Origin: a virus
Lineage: Duplodnaviria; Caudoviricetes
Reading direction: 5' to 3' (one strand)
Length of the DNA stretch: 57,255 nucleotides
Virus record (IMG/VR): IMGVR_UViG_3300049489_000428
Location: 1-57,255 of that record
This document shows positions 5,886 to 14,616 of the stretch, in pieces. The notes below the pieces were generated by a model. That model searched no databases and had not been told where the DNA came from. It worked only from the letters and a program-made list of their open reading frames with translations. The translations under genes were made by a program, and so were the position numbers. Each line of letters begins with the position of its first letter. The stretch's first letter is position 1.

Positions 5886-5953
5886 AGTATATATGCTATG
5901 AGTTATAGGTCAACTACCGTTCGTCGGTTAGTTAATGATAATCATTATCATTA
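5886..5953 (-). promoter_or_regulatory. promoter, AlgR-like box and perfect Fur-type box
   Basis: TTGACC-16-TATACT; ACCGTTCGTCGG at 5916-5927; TAATGATAATCATTATCATTA at 5933-5953. Confidence 0.7.
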
Positions 5954-6031
5954 GGGGAGGGCGGTTAGTTGACCTGGTGGTATGGCATAGCTACAGGACC
6001 AACTTTCGCGAAAAATTTATAAAAATTTCTG

Positions 6032-6136
6032 ACCCTAAATTGCAAAGGGCCGCATGGGCCGCATGGGCCGCATGGGCCGCATGGGCCGCATGGATTTATT
6101 ACCCTAAATTGCAGAGGGCCGCATGGATTTATTACC
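6032..6136. repeat. (GGGCCGCAT)x5 tandem array nested in a ~35-bp duplication
   Basis: 9-mer array at 6047-6091; ACCCTAAATTGCA.AGGGCCGCAT..GGATTTATTACC occurs twice. Confidence 0.9.
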
Positions 6137-6180
6137 ACCCACACTTATTTCATATAATTCAACCAAGCATAAAAATATAC

Positions 6181-6209
6181 TTGATTTCGTTAATCTTATG
6201 ACGTATAAT
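6181..6209 (+). promoter_or_regulatory. late promoter
   Basis: TTGATT-17-TATAAT. Confidence 0.7.
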
Positions 6210-6215
6210 AAAAGA

Positions 6216-6680
6216 ATGGGAACTAATATTACACCAATCACACCAGAGTATATTCCAATCTCTCCAGAATCATTGGAAATAGCCAATACATATCTTCAAT
6301 GTCAAGATGTGTCAGAAACAGCTAAACTTCTAGGATTACCTCTAGATCAAGTAGCTGCATATCTGGCAAAGCCTGACGTCAAAGAATATGTCACCGCAGT
6401 GTATTTAGATTCTGGATATAGAAATAGATTCAAACTAGGGAAAATCCTAGATGAAGTAATAGATAAAAAACTAATAGAAATGCAAGAAGCGGATATCGGT
6501 TCATCCAAAGATATTCTAGATATTTTAGCGATGGTTCATAAGATGCGAATGGATGAACTCGCAGCTATAACTGCGCTAGAAAAAGCTAGAAGTGCTGGAC
6601 CGAAGAAACAGACTAATATTCAAATAAATAATCCAGCTGGATCTATTTTTGAAAAGTTGATGGATAATGATGAATTGTAA
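6216..6680 (+). CDS. terS: terminase small subunit
   Basis: T5-like SPE.L.IAN.YL, D.GY.N, SSKDI.D.L...HKM; start trimmed to MGTN. Confidence 0.85.
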   Translation: MGTNITPITPEYIPISPESLEIANTYLQCQDVSETAKLLGLPLDQVAAYLAKPDVKEYVTAVYLDSGYRNRFKLGKILDEVIDKKLIEMQEADIGSSKDILDILAMVHKMRMDELAAITALEKARSAGPKKQTNIQINNPAGSIFEKLMDNDEL

Positions 6681-7909
6681 TGCCCCAAAATATATTTAAA
6701 GATCCCACAACAGGGAATGAGATCAAAGTACCAAAAGTAACAAAAAAACTAATTAAAGCAAATCAGAAGTTTGATACTTTATACAATTTAGGAACAATGG
6801 AATTAAATGCTGGTAGGCATAGTACAGCATTCGACTGTTTTAAAGCAGCACTAGAGCTTGGTGTCTCAAAGGAATGCCTGCTAAATATGTCCACCTGTTA
6901 TAAAGTTCTAGAGAACGAAGGTAAAGCTAAAGAGATTCTAGCTAGCATAATTAAAAACTATCCAGAATTTCCACTAGCGTATAACAATTACGGACTTATT
7001 AGATATGATGATGGTGAATTCGATGAAGCTATCGGGCACTATAATAAAGCTATCTCCTTATGGCCGGAATATGCTGACGCTCACTGGAATCACGCCTTAG
7101 CGTTACTTATTAAACGTTTTGATACTGGAGTACCAAATCCTTTAGCATATCAAGAGTTTGAATGGAGATTTAAAAAATCAAACGCTGTTGCGTTAGCTGA
7201 TGTAACTTCTCCGCGCTGGAATGGTGAGTCGCTTCATGGTAAAAAGCTGCTATTTATGTGTGAGCAAGGATTTGGTGATATGTTCATGTTTATGAGATAT
7301 CTCGAATTGTTACCTATGGATTCCGTATATGTGCACTTTCCTAAAGAGGTTAAAGATTTTCTAGGAGCGTATCAGTATGTGGAGTTTAGTAATATTCCGC
7401 ATGACTATCATATTCCAATTATGTCTTTGCCTAATGTTATGGGCGAGTATTTTCCTTCAGAGCCTTACCTCGATTTTTCTTCGAGTGCATGGAACTTCGG
7501 CGGTGGTAAAAACATTGGTATAGTATGGAAAGGTAATCGCGCTCACGCAAATGATAGAAATCGCTCTATGCATTTTAGAGATTTCTTCCCACTATTTGGT
7601 TTAGGAAAGGTTTGGTCTTTGCAGTATGGAGTTCCTGTTCAGCGACATGCAAAGGATATTCATGAATTGGAAATCCGTAGTTTTATTGATACTGCCAACT
7701 ATATTGCTGGGTTAGATCTAGTGGTTACTGTAGATACTTCTGTAGCTCACTTAGCTGGAGCAATGGGTAAGCCTGTGTTAGTGGTAATGCCAACTCGTGG
7801 GTTGGATTGGAGATGGGGTTCTACAGGTGATAAAACGCCTTGGTATCCTACGATGAGACTTTGTAGGGATAGAGGTCAGATGATTAAGATGGCGTCGGAG
7901 ATGTTATGA
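6680..7909 (+). CDS. TPR-domain GT9-family glycosyltransferase
   Basis: TPRs (AYNNYG, AHWNHA); EQGFGD, IGIVWKG, DLVVTVDTSVAHLAGAMG, WRW...TPWYP. Confidence 0.9.
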   Translation: MPQNIFKDPTTGNEIKVPKVTKKLIKANQKFDTLYNLGTMELNAGRHSTAFDCFKAALELGVSKECLLNMSTCYKVLENEGKAKEILASIIKNYPEFPLAYNNYGLIRYDDGEFDEAIGHYNKAISLWPEYADAHWNHALALLIKRFDTGVPNPLAYQEFEWRFKKSNAVALADVTSPRWNGESLHGKKLLFMCEQGFGDMFMFMRYLELLPMDSVYVHFPKEVKDFLGAYQYVEFSNIPHDYHIPIMSLPNVMGEYFPSEPYLDFSSSAWNFGGGKNIGIVWKGNRAHANDRNRSMHFRDFFPLFGLGKVWSLQYGVPVQRHAKDIHELEIRSFIDTANYIAGLDLVVTVDTSVAHLAGAMGKPVLVVMPTRGLDWRWGSTGDKTPWYPTMRLCRDRGQMIKMASEML

Positions 7910-8457
7910 GTTACGAAGCTTCGAAAGCAATGGCTCGCCGGGGCTCCGAGTTTCGGAAATTCTTTAAAGGTAGCGGAATTGACGTAGGTTGTGGTCCAGA
8001 TTCGGTAGCGCGCTGGAAGAAAAAATTCCCTATACGAAACGTACGAGAATGGGATTTAGCTGATGGTGATGGAGAATTGTTAGCGTCGGTTCCAGATTGC
8101 TCAGTTAATTGGGTTCACTCCTCCCATTCTCTAGAACATATGAGGTCTTGGCAGCGTGCTTTAGAGAACTGGACAAGAGTATGTATCAGAGGTGGCTATG
8201 TCATATGCAGTGTGCCTTCGTGGGAGATGTATGAACATCGCACTTGGCCTTCTCGCTTTAATAGCGACCATAAGCACGCATTTTCACTGGTGGAAAGCGG
8301 CGGACCCGTTGTACTTCTTAGTGAGAAAGTGCTAAATGAGTTTGGATCTGTGATTTTGTTAAGAGAAATTACTGACGGATATGATCCATCTGATTATAGT
8401 GATCAAACTCAAGGACCTGCAGAATGCTGCATAGAATTTGTATTGAGGACTAGATGA
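7906..8457 (+). CDS. class I SAM-dependent methyltransferase
   Basis: GIDVGCG and SSHSLEH motifs. Confidence 0.85.
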   Translation: MSYEASKAMARRGSEFRKFFKGSGIDVGCGPDSVARWKKKFPIRNVREWDLADGDGELLASVPDCSVNWVHSSHSLEHMRSWQRALENWTRVCIRGGYVICSVPSWEMYEHRTWPSRFNSDHKHAFSLVESGGPVVLLSEKVLNEFGSVILLREITDGYDPSDYSDQTQGPAECCIEFVLRTR

Positions 8458-8642
8458 AGTTACAAGAATTTTTAAATAATGGATTTAATCTAGGATGTGT
8501 TGAGTATCATTTGAATGTGCACTGCACGCCGCATGGATTAACAAAAGTGTCTATTCGTGGTAGCAGTCATTACGATTTAGAATGTGATGGAGTAATTGTT
8601 GGTGGAGAGGTTACTTTATTCGACAATCCCAAGGTTGAATAA
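8454..8642 (+). CDS. hypothetical protein
   Basis: Translationally coupled on both sides. Confidence 0.6.
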   Translation: MKLQEFLNNGFNLGCVEYHLNVHCTPHGLTKVSIRGSSHYDLECDGVIVGGEVTLFDNPKVE

Positions 8643-9943
8643 TGCTTGAGATTTCTCGTAGTGATGTATCAGCTACTGAATATCAAGTGTTTCCAGCGGA
8701 TAAGAAGTTTATTAAGTTATCGGTTGAGAAGTATTTGAAGTTTGGAGATAAAGTAGCTAATAAACCACAAATTGCCATTATCAACGCTCTGCAAAATCCA
8801 AAATACAGATTTGTTACTGCAGCTATTAGTCGCAGACTTGGAAAGACTTACATTGCCAATATTATTGGGCATCTAGTAGCGCTTATGCCTGGAGCATCTG
8901 TACTGGTTATGTCTCCTAATTACTCGCTATCTGCAATTAGTTTTGATCTTCAGGTTGAGTTTGCTAAGAATACTGGTATTGAGATTACACGAAATAATGT
9001 TAAAGACAGAATACTTGAATTATCCAACGGTTCCTCGATACGTCTGGGTTCGGTTATGCAAGCAGATTCCGTCGTTGGTCGCAGCTACGATTTTATCATC
9101 TTTGACGAAGCGGCCCTTGCGGCTGAGGGTGAAAATGCCTTTCAAATTCAGCTTAGACCAACAATGGATAGACCAAATTCAAAAGCGCTATTCATCAGCA
9201 CACCTAGAGGTAAAAATAACTGGTTTGCAAAGTTCTTTTATCGTGGATATAGTACCGACTTTAAAGAGTGGTGCTCCATCAAAGCCGATTATAGAGAGAA
9301 CCCTAGAATTTTAGAGGCCGATGTTGAAGAGGCTCGTAGGTCAATGTCATCTGCGATGTTTAGGCAGGAATATGAAGCTGACTTCGCAGTGTTTGAGGGA
9401 CAGATTTTTAGATTCAATCAGGAATGTGTTGAGAATTTAAAGTTTATGGTTCCTCAGGAATTAGACGTATTTGCAGGAATTGACGTTGGTTTTAGAGATC
9501 CAACAGCTGTTATAATTTTAGGGTATGAGTTTAGTACGGGAAAATATTATGCACTAGAAGAATATCAAAATGCTGAGTCTACTACTAGTGGTCATGCTGA
9601 GGAAGTTCTAAAGTTAATAGAGAAGTATGGAATTTCTGCACTTTATATTGACCATGCGGCTGCGCAGACTAGAATGGACTGGGCATATGATTTTAATATT
9701 CAGACTTTGCCTGCTAAAAAATCTGTTTTAGATGGAATTGCTTTTGTACAAAATATAATTGAAAGAGACTTACTAATTGTAGATGAACATTGCAACAATC
9801 TTCTAGCTACATTAGATCAATACAGATGGGATCCTAATCCCAATTTAATAATGCAGAAACCTGAGCATGACCAATATTCGCATATGGCCGACGCTTTAAG
9901 GTACGGATTATATAGCTATAGTACTAGCACGGGGGTATATTGA
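8642..9943 (+). CDS. terL: terminase large subunit
   Basis: SRRLGKT Walker A, IIFDEAA, ISTPRG, GIDVG..D, H.ADALRY. Confidence 0.95.
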   Translation: MLEISRSDVSATEYQVFPADKKFIKLSVEKYLKFGDKVANKPQIAIINALQNPKYRFVTAAISRRLGKTYIANIIGHLVALMPGASVLVMSPNYSLSAISFDLQVEFAKNTGIEITRNNVKDRILELSNGSSIRLGSVMQADSVVGRSYDFIIFDEAALAAEGENAFQIQLRPTMDRPNSKALFISTPRGKNNWFAKFFYRGYSTDFKEWCSIKADYRENPRILEADVEEARRSMSSAMFRQEYEADFAVFEGQIFRFNQECVENLKFMVPQELDVFAGIDVGFRDPTAVIILGYEFSTGKYYALEEYQNAESTTSGHAEEVLKLIEKYGISALYIDHAAAQTRMDWAYDFNIQTLPAKKSVLDGIAFVQNIIERDLLIVDEHCNNLLATLDQYRWDPNPNLIMQKPEHDQYSHMADALRYGLYSYSTSTGVY

Positions 9944-10368
9944 AGTATATATTAATAGGATTACTGTTGTTCACCTTTGCTGTTTCAGCTACAGATTATC
10001 GATGGAAAATTAATCGCGTAATTGACGGTGATACAATTGCAGTTACAATTACAGAACTTCCACTTAATGTTATGCCTTCTATGGTTCGTATTGGAGGAAT
10101 TGATACTCCAGAATTAGATGGTAGAGCTAAATGTGAAAAAGAACGATTATTGGGTCAAGCAGCTGCAAAATTTACTAGTGACTTTTTGAAGAATGCTATG
10201 TATGAAAATAAGAATATTTCTTTCACTAACATTAAACGTGATAAGTATTCTTCTAGAGTAGTTGGAGATGTTAAAGTTGATGGTCAGGATTTAGGGAAGT
10301 TATTACTAGAGAAAGGTTTTGCTAAGCCTTACGATGGTAAAAGTAAAAAACCAGATTGGTGTTCATGA
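9940..10368 (+). CDS. thermonuclease (SNase) with signal peptide
   Basis: RVIDGDTI, RIGGIDTPEL, RDKY.R; hydrophobic N-terminus ending AVSA. Confidence 0.9.
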   Translation: MKYILIGLLLFTFAVSATDYRWKINRVIDGDTIAVTITELPLNVMPSMVRIGGIDTPELDGRAKCEKERLLGQAAAKFTSDFLKNAMYENKNISFTNIKRDKYSSRVVGDVKVDGQDLGKLLLEKGFAKPYDGKSKKPDWCS

Positions 10369-10373
10369 GAATC

Positions 10374-10406
10374 AGCCCGCATAGTTAAGCACTATGCGGG
10401 CTTTTT
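10374..10406 (+). terminator. intrinsic terminator
   Basis: AGCCCGCATAGT/ACTATGCGGGCT stem plus T-run. Confidence 0.85.
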
Positions 10407-10435
10407 GTTGTCGAAAGAGGATAAAAATTTTGCAC

Positions 10436-10465
10436 TTGCGTGTCGCTATCCTTTGGTAGTATAAT
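10436..10465 (+). promoter_or_regulatory. late promoter
   Basis: TTGCGT-18-TATAAT in the intergenic gap. Confidence 0.55.
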
Positions 10466-10515
10466 AGAAGAATAGAAATTTCAAGTGCGAAAATGTAAAC
10501 CTGGAACACAAAATA

Positions 10516-10965
10516 ATGGCAAATATTAATAGAGCACGATTACCTGTAAAATGGATTCGTGATATGAACAAGACTCGCTACCAAAAGGGCGACACTTGTG
10601 CAATATGTGGTACGAAAGAGGATATTGAATTTCACCACTACTACTCCTTAACATTGCTCTTTGAGAAGTGGTTAAAAGTTAACAATTTAACCATCAACAA
10701 CGATGACGATGTGCTTAACATTCGTGAACAGTTCAGTAATGAACATAAGCGAGAGTTATTTGGAGAAGTGGTAGATTTATGTAAAGCTCACCATGCCAGA
10801 TTGCACGACATCTACGGAGTTACTCCCATGTTGCATACTGCAGAAAAGCAGAAGCGCTGGGTTGGAATTCAGGCAGAAAAGCATGGGATAACTTATGAGT
10901 TTGTGGAACGACACGAAGATGTGGCTGAGCGAAAAATTAAACCCCGTTCAACCCATTATATCTGA
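10516..10965 (+). CDS. T5-like HNH nicking endonuclease
   Basis: CAICG..FHHY..LC..HH..LH..YG; syntenic between TerL and portal. Confidence 0.85.
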   Translation: MANINRARLPVKWIRDMNKTRYQKGDTCAICGTKEDIEFHHYYSLTLLFEKWLKVNNLTINNDDDVLNIREQFSNEHKRELFGEVVDLCKAHHARLHDIYGVTPMLHTAEKQKRWVGIQAEKHGITYEFVERHEDVAERKIKPRSTHYI

Positions 10966-12103
10966 GGAAGCTGGTACATCAATTACCAATAACAATAATA
11001 CTTTGTATTATTTAAAAGCTTACCAAGAATTAGATATTGTTAGACGCGGTGTAGACATGATTGTAAATGCTACTGCGTCTTTCGATTATGACGTACAAGA
11101 GCAGTTAGCTGGAGTAACTCCAGTTGTTGGTGGAATGAGAGTTAAGAAGTTAAATGTACTTCTAAACTACCAACCAAACCCGTTTCAAGATATTAGTACT
11201 TTTAGAAGATTGATTGTAATGGATCTTATTCTAGAAGGTAATGCATTCATTTACTTTGATGGCGTTGATATTTACCATTTGCCGGCCTGTAATATAGAGA
11301 TTCTTACAGACCCTAAAACGCTGGTTTCGGGATATCGTTACAGTTCATCAAAGACTGTATTTGAACCAAAAGAAATTATACATATTCAGGATAACGCAGG
11401 TTCTACAATTTATCGTGGAGAACCTAGACTTAAAGCTGCTGAGACGAGCATTCGTACAATTATTACAATGCTCCAATTTCAGGAGAATTTCTTTAAGAAT
11501 GGTGCAGTTCCTGGACTAATTATCACCTCACCAAATCCTTTGGGAGATAAAATTAAAGAACGTATGCTGGCCGTGTGGTCACAACGTTACAACCCTAAGA
11601 ATGGTGGAAAACGTCCGCTCATACTTGATGGTGGAGCAGATGTCAAAAATTTAGGGCAAGGTAATTTTCAAGAACTTGACTTTGAAAACTCTATTGGCTC
11701 TAAAGAGCGTTCAATTCTAAAAGCTTTAGGCGTACCTCCAATTCTATTAGACGGAGGAAATAATGCAAATATTGCACCAAATCTTAAATTATTCTATTTA
11801 GAAACCATACTGCCTATTGCTAAAGCTATTTCCTCCGCTTTCGAACGTTTCTTTGGATATAACCTAGACCCTGAAACTGGAAGAATTTCGGCACTTCAAC
11901 CTCAGATGGGCGAAGCAGCCGCTTACTACTCTACGTTAGTAAATGGTGGTATTATTTCACCAAATGAAGCTCGTGAAGAACTAAGATACGAAACAAGACC
12001 AGAATTAGAAGATGTTAGAGTACCGCAAAATATTGCTGGTTCAGCAGTAAATCCATCACAAGGTGGGAAGCCACCAGCACCAACAAAGGATATAAATGAG
12101 TAA
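10895..12103 (+). CDS. portal protein (pb7-like)
   Basis: EKLNP, PNPFQ, GNAFIY, FFKNGAVPG, ISPNEAR. Confidence 0.95.
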   Translation: MSLWNDTKMWLSEKLNPVQPIISEEAGTSITNNNNTLYYLKAYQELDIVRRGVDMIVNATASFDYDVQEQLAGVTPVVGGMRVKKLNVLLNYQPNPFQDISTFRRLIVMDLILEGNAFIYFDGVDIYHLPACNIEILTDPKTLVSGYRYSSSKTVFEPKEIIHIQDNAGSTIYRGEPRLKAAETSIRTIITMLQFQENFFKNGAVPGLIITSPNPLGDKIKERMLAVWSQRYNPKNGGKRPLILDGGADVKNLGQGNFQELDFENSIGSKERSILKALGVPPILLDGGNNANIAPNLKLFYLETILPIAKAISSAFERFFGYNLDPETGRISALQPQMGEAAAYYSTLVNGGIISPNEAREELRYETRPELEDVRVPQNIAGSAVNPSQGGKPPAPTKDINE

Positions 12104-13988
12104 GAAAGTATTTACACTTTCTGCTCCACTACTTAAAGTCGAAAAGGCCTCACAGTCTGACGACTCAACGGATAAACCGTCTATATTTATTGAAGGGTAT
12201 GCAAATACTATTAATAAAGATAGAGTTGGTGATGTAATTGTCGCGGAGGCCTGGACAAAGGGTGCTCTTACCAATTATTTAAAGAATCCAATTATCTTAG
12301 GGTTCCACGATCACTCAAATCCAATTGGAGTAGCAGAGCAGGTATCCGTTGATCCAAACGGATTAAAAGTTAGAGCAAGAATAAGTCCCGCAGCTGAGGA
12401 TGAGTACAATTTAATCGCCGATGGAGTTTTAAAGGCGTTTTCAGTCGGCTTCACTATTAAAGATGCCGAATATGATTCAGAAACAGACATTTTTTTAATT
12501 AAGGATGTAGAGCTATACGAGATTAGTGTAGTTTCGGTTCCTGCAAATCAAGACTGTATTTTCGAAATGGCTAAGTCATTTGAAAATTCGGCAGAATATC
12601 AAGATTTTAAGAAATCTTTTAGTAAAAAGTCCGTGGAGCCATCCACACAACAAGTTTCAAAGGAGAAAAAGTTAATGGATCCTAAAGATCTAGAACAGCT
12701 AATGAAGCAAACCGCAGAGAGCACAGCAAAAGCTGTTGCAGACGCAATTGCTCAAAAAGCTGCTGAAGAAAAAGCCGCTGCTGATGCGAAGGCTGCAGAA
12801 GAAGCGCAAAAACAAGAATTGATTAAGCTTGGTCAAAGTGGAGCTGAAAAGATTGTAGCAGAAGCTGAGAAGCGCATTGCTGAAGCCAATGGCGAAGCAG
12901 TTGGTAAGCTTCTAGGTGATCTTAAGAGCGAAATGCAAGCTCAGATTGATGAAGTCAAGAAGGCTGCTCAATCTAAGATGAATTTCAATGACAAGGGTGG
13001 AAACACAAATGAGCCCAGCATGGCTGAAAAGACCAGTGCTGTTCTTATGGCGAAAGCTCTTGGCGTTCCTATTACCGAAACTAAGTTCGGTAAGGAATTG
13101 ATTGAAAAGGCTGGACCTCACGTTGCTTCAGCTTATTGGGAAGATCAAGTATCTACCAACATGCAAGAAGAAATTCGCAGGCTTCTAGTTGTTGCTCCCC
13201 TGTTTAACACGATGCAGATGCCTTCAAGCATTCTTCGTCTACCAGTAAATCCTGAAGCCGGTTACGGTACATGGGTTGCTGCTTCTTCATTCGGTACTAC
13301 ATCATCTTCTGGTGCTGCTGGTACGCATGTATTGAAGGAATTAACACTTACCGCTTACAAACTAGCGACTAAGGAATTCCTGACATACGAAGAAGAAGAC
13401 GATACCTTCCTGGCGATTATGCCTATCGTACGTAACGCACTAGTGCGTCGTATGGCGAAGTCAACTGACCTAGCACTTCTACGTGGTGCTGGTAGCGGCG
13501 GCGACCCACTTAAGGGTCTCGGCGCTTGGGCAGCTGCCTCTGATGGTGTAACCGTTACTAACACAGCTAAGGCAACCGTTGCTAACCTAGCATCAGTTCG
13601 TCGTAAGCTTAATGTTTGGGGTATGAATCCTTCAGACCTAGTATTCATCGTTTCAACTGATGTTTACTTTGACCTTCTTGAAGATGCGGATTTCCGTACA
13701 TGGGATAAGGTAGGCGACAAAGCCACTATTCTTAACGGAGCAATCGGTCAAGTAAGTGGAACTAACGTTATTGTATCTGGCGAGTTTGCAGCCCGCGCTG
13801 CAGCCGCGGTTGGAGCAATCTGCGTTAATGCACGTAACTTCATTTTTGGACGTTATAAGAATCTACGTCTAGAAAGCGATACATTCGTCGAATCACAGAA
13901 TAAGATTCTGGTTGCGACTGAGCGTATGGCGTTCCAACAACTAAGCACTGTTGACGGTAATGCTGTTAGCAAGCTTGTTTGGAGCTAA
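12096..13988 (+). CDS. prohead protease fused in frame to HK97-fold major capsid protein
   Basis: IEGYAN, HDH..PIG, FSVGF, EISVVSVPAN, then coiled-coil delta domain and capsid body; internal SD and ATG at 12675. Confidence 0.92.
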   Translation: MSKKVFTLSAPLLKVEKASQSDDSTDKPSIFIEGYANTINKDRVGDVIVAEAWTKGALTNYLKNPIILGFHDHSNPIGVAEQVSVDPNGLKVRARISPAAEDEYNLIADGVLKAFSVGFTIKDAEYDSETDIFLIKDVELYEISVVSVPANQDCIFEMAKSFENSAEYQDFKKSFSKKSVEPSTQQVSKEKKLMDPKDLEQLMKQTAESTAKAVADAIAQKAAEEKAAADAKAAEEAQKQELIKLGQSGAEKIVAEAEKRIAEANGEAVGKLLGDLKSEMQAQIDEVKKAAQSKMNFNDKGGNTNEPSMAEKTSAVLMAKALGVPITETKFGKELIEKAGPHVASAYWEDQVSTNMQEEIRRLLVVAPLFNTMQMPSSILRLPVNPEAGYGTWVAASSFGTTSSSGAAGTHVLKELTLTAYKLATKEFLTYEEEDDTFLAIMPIVRNALVRRMAKSTDLALLRGAGSGGDPLKGLGAWAAASDGVTVTNTAKATVANLASVRRKLNVWGMNPSDLVFIVSTDVYFDLLEDADFRTWDKVGDKATILNGAIGQVSGTNVIVSGEFAARAAAAVGAICVNARNFIFGRYKNLRLESDTFVESQNKILVATERMAFQQLSTVDGNAVSKLVWS

Positions 13989-14002
13989 TCAGTAATTAAA
14001 CT

Positions 14003-14032
14003 AATGGGCGGGTCTAAAAGCCCGCCCATTTT
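14003..14032 (+). terminator. intrinsic terminator
   Basis: AATGGGCGGG/CCCGCCCATT stem plus TT. Confidence 0.8.
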
Positions 14033-14052
14033 CACAAGGGAATATATAATAA

Positions 14053-14616
14053 ATGGCTACACCATTAGTAACATTAGAAGAATACAAGACGTTTGCGCAA
14101 ATCAGTAGTAATCAGCAAGATGACCGTATTACTCAGCTTATTCCTATGGTATCTTTCTTTGTGAAAAATTATTGTAATCGCAAATTTGTTGACTACTACA
14201 ATACAGCAAAAACAGAATATTGGAGTGAGGGTGGGCCCTACTTCTTTACAGACGAACAACCTATTAGGGAAGTTACTTCTGTAGAAATTAAGACCTCGCC
14301 CTCCGGAGATTATGTATTAGCTACAGAGAATGTAGACTATTCATGGGATAGGGCGGTAGATTGTATAACCGCTCTTAATACAGACGGATTTCCGGTAATC
14401 CCTAACGCAGTTAAAATTATATATAAAGGCGGATATTCAGACATTCCAGAAGATCTAAAACTTGGTGTTATGGATCTTATTACTTACTATATGAAAGGTG
14501 AAAGTTCTCCTAGAAAATCACTTAATAGTAATCAGATTTCTGTTGAGTACGTAACTTCTGCTGATCTTCCACACCACATCAAACGCGTGTTTGATCTTTA
14601 TAGGATTATAGTTTAA
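14053..14616 (+). CDS. head completion/head-tail connector (p144-like)
   Basis: LVTLEEYK, Y.GGY..IPEDLKL, P.HIKRV.DLYR; synteny. Confidence 0.85.
   Translation: MATPLVTLEEYKTFAQISSNQQDDRITQLIPMVSFFVKNYCNRKFVDYYNTAKTEYWSEGGPYFFTDEQPIREVTSVEIKTSPSGDYVLATENVDYSWDRAVDCITALNTDGFPVIPNAVKIIYKGGYSDIPEDLKLGVMDLITYYMKGESSPRKSLNSNQISVEYVTSADLPHHIKRVFDLYRIIV

Noticed and set aside
5935-6201. ORF encoding IIIII and AAWAAW repeats
   Set aside because: Translation artefact of the Fur box and the 9-bp tandem repeat.
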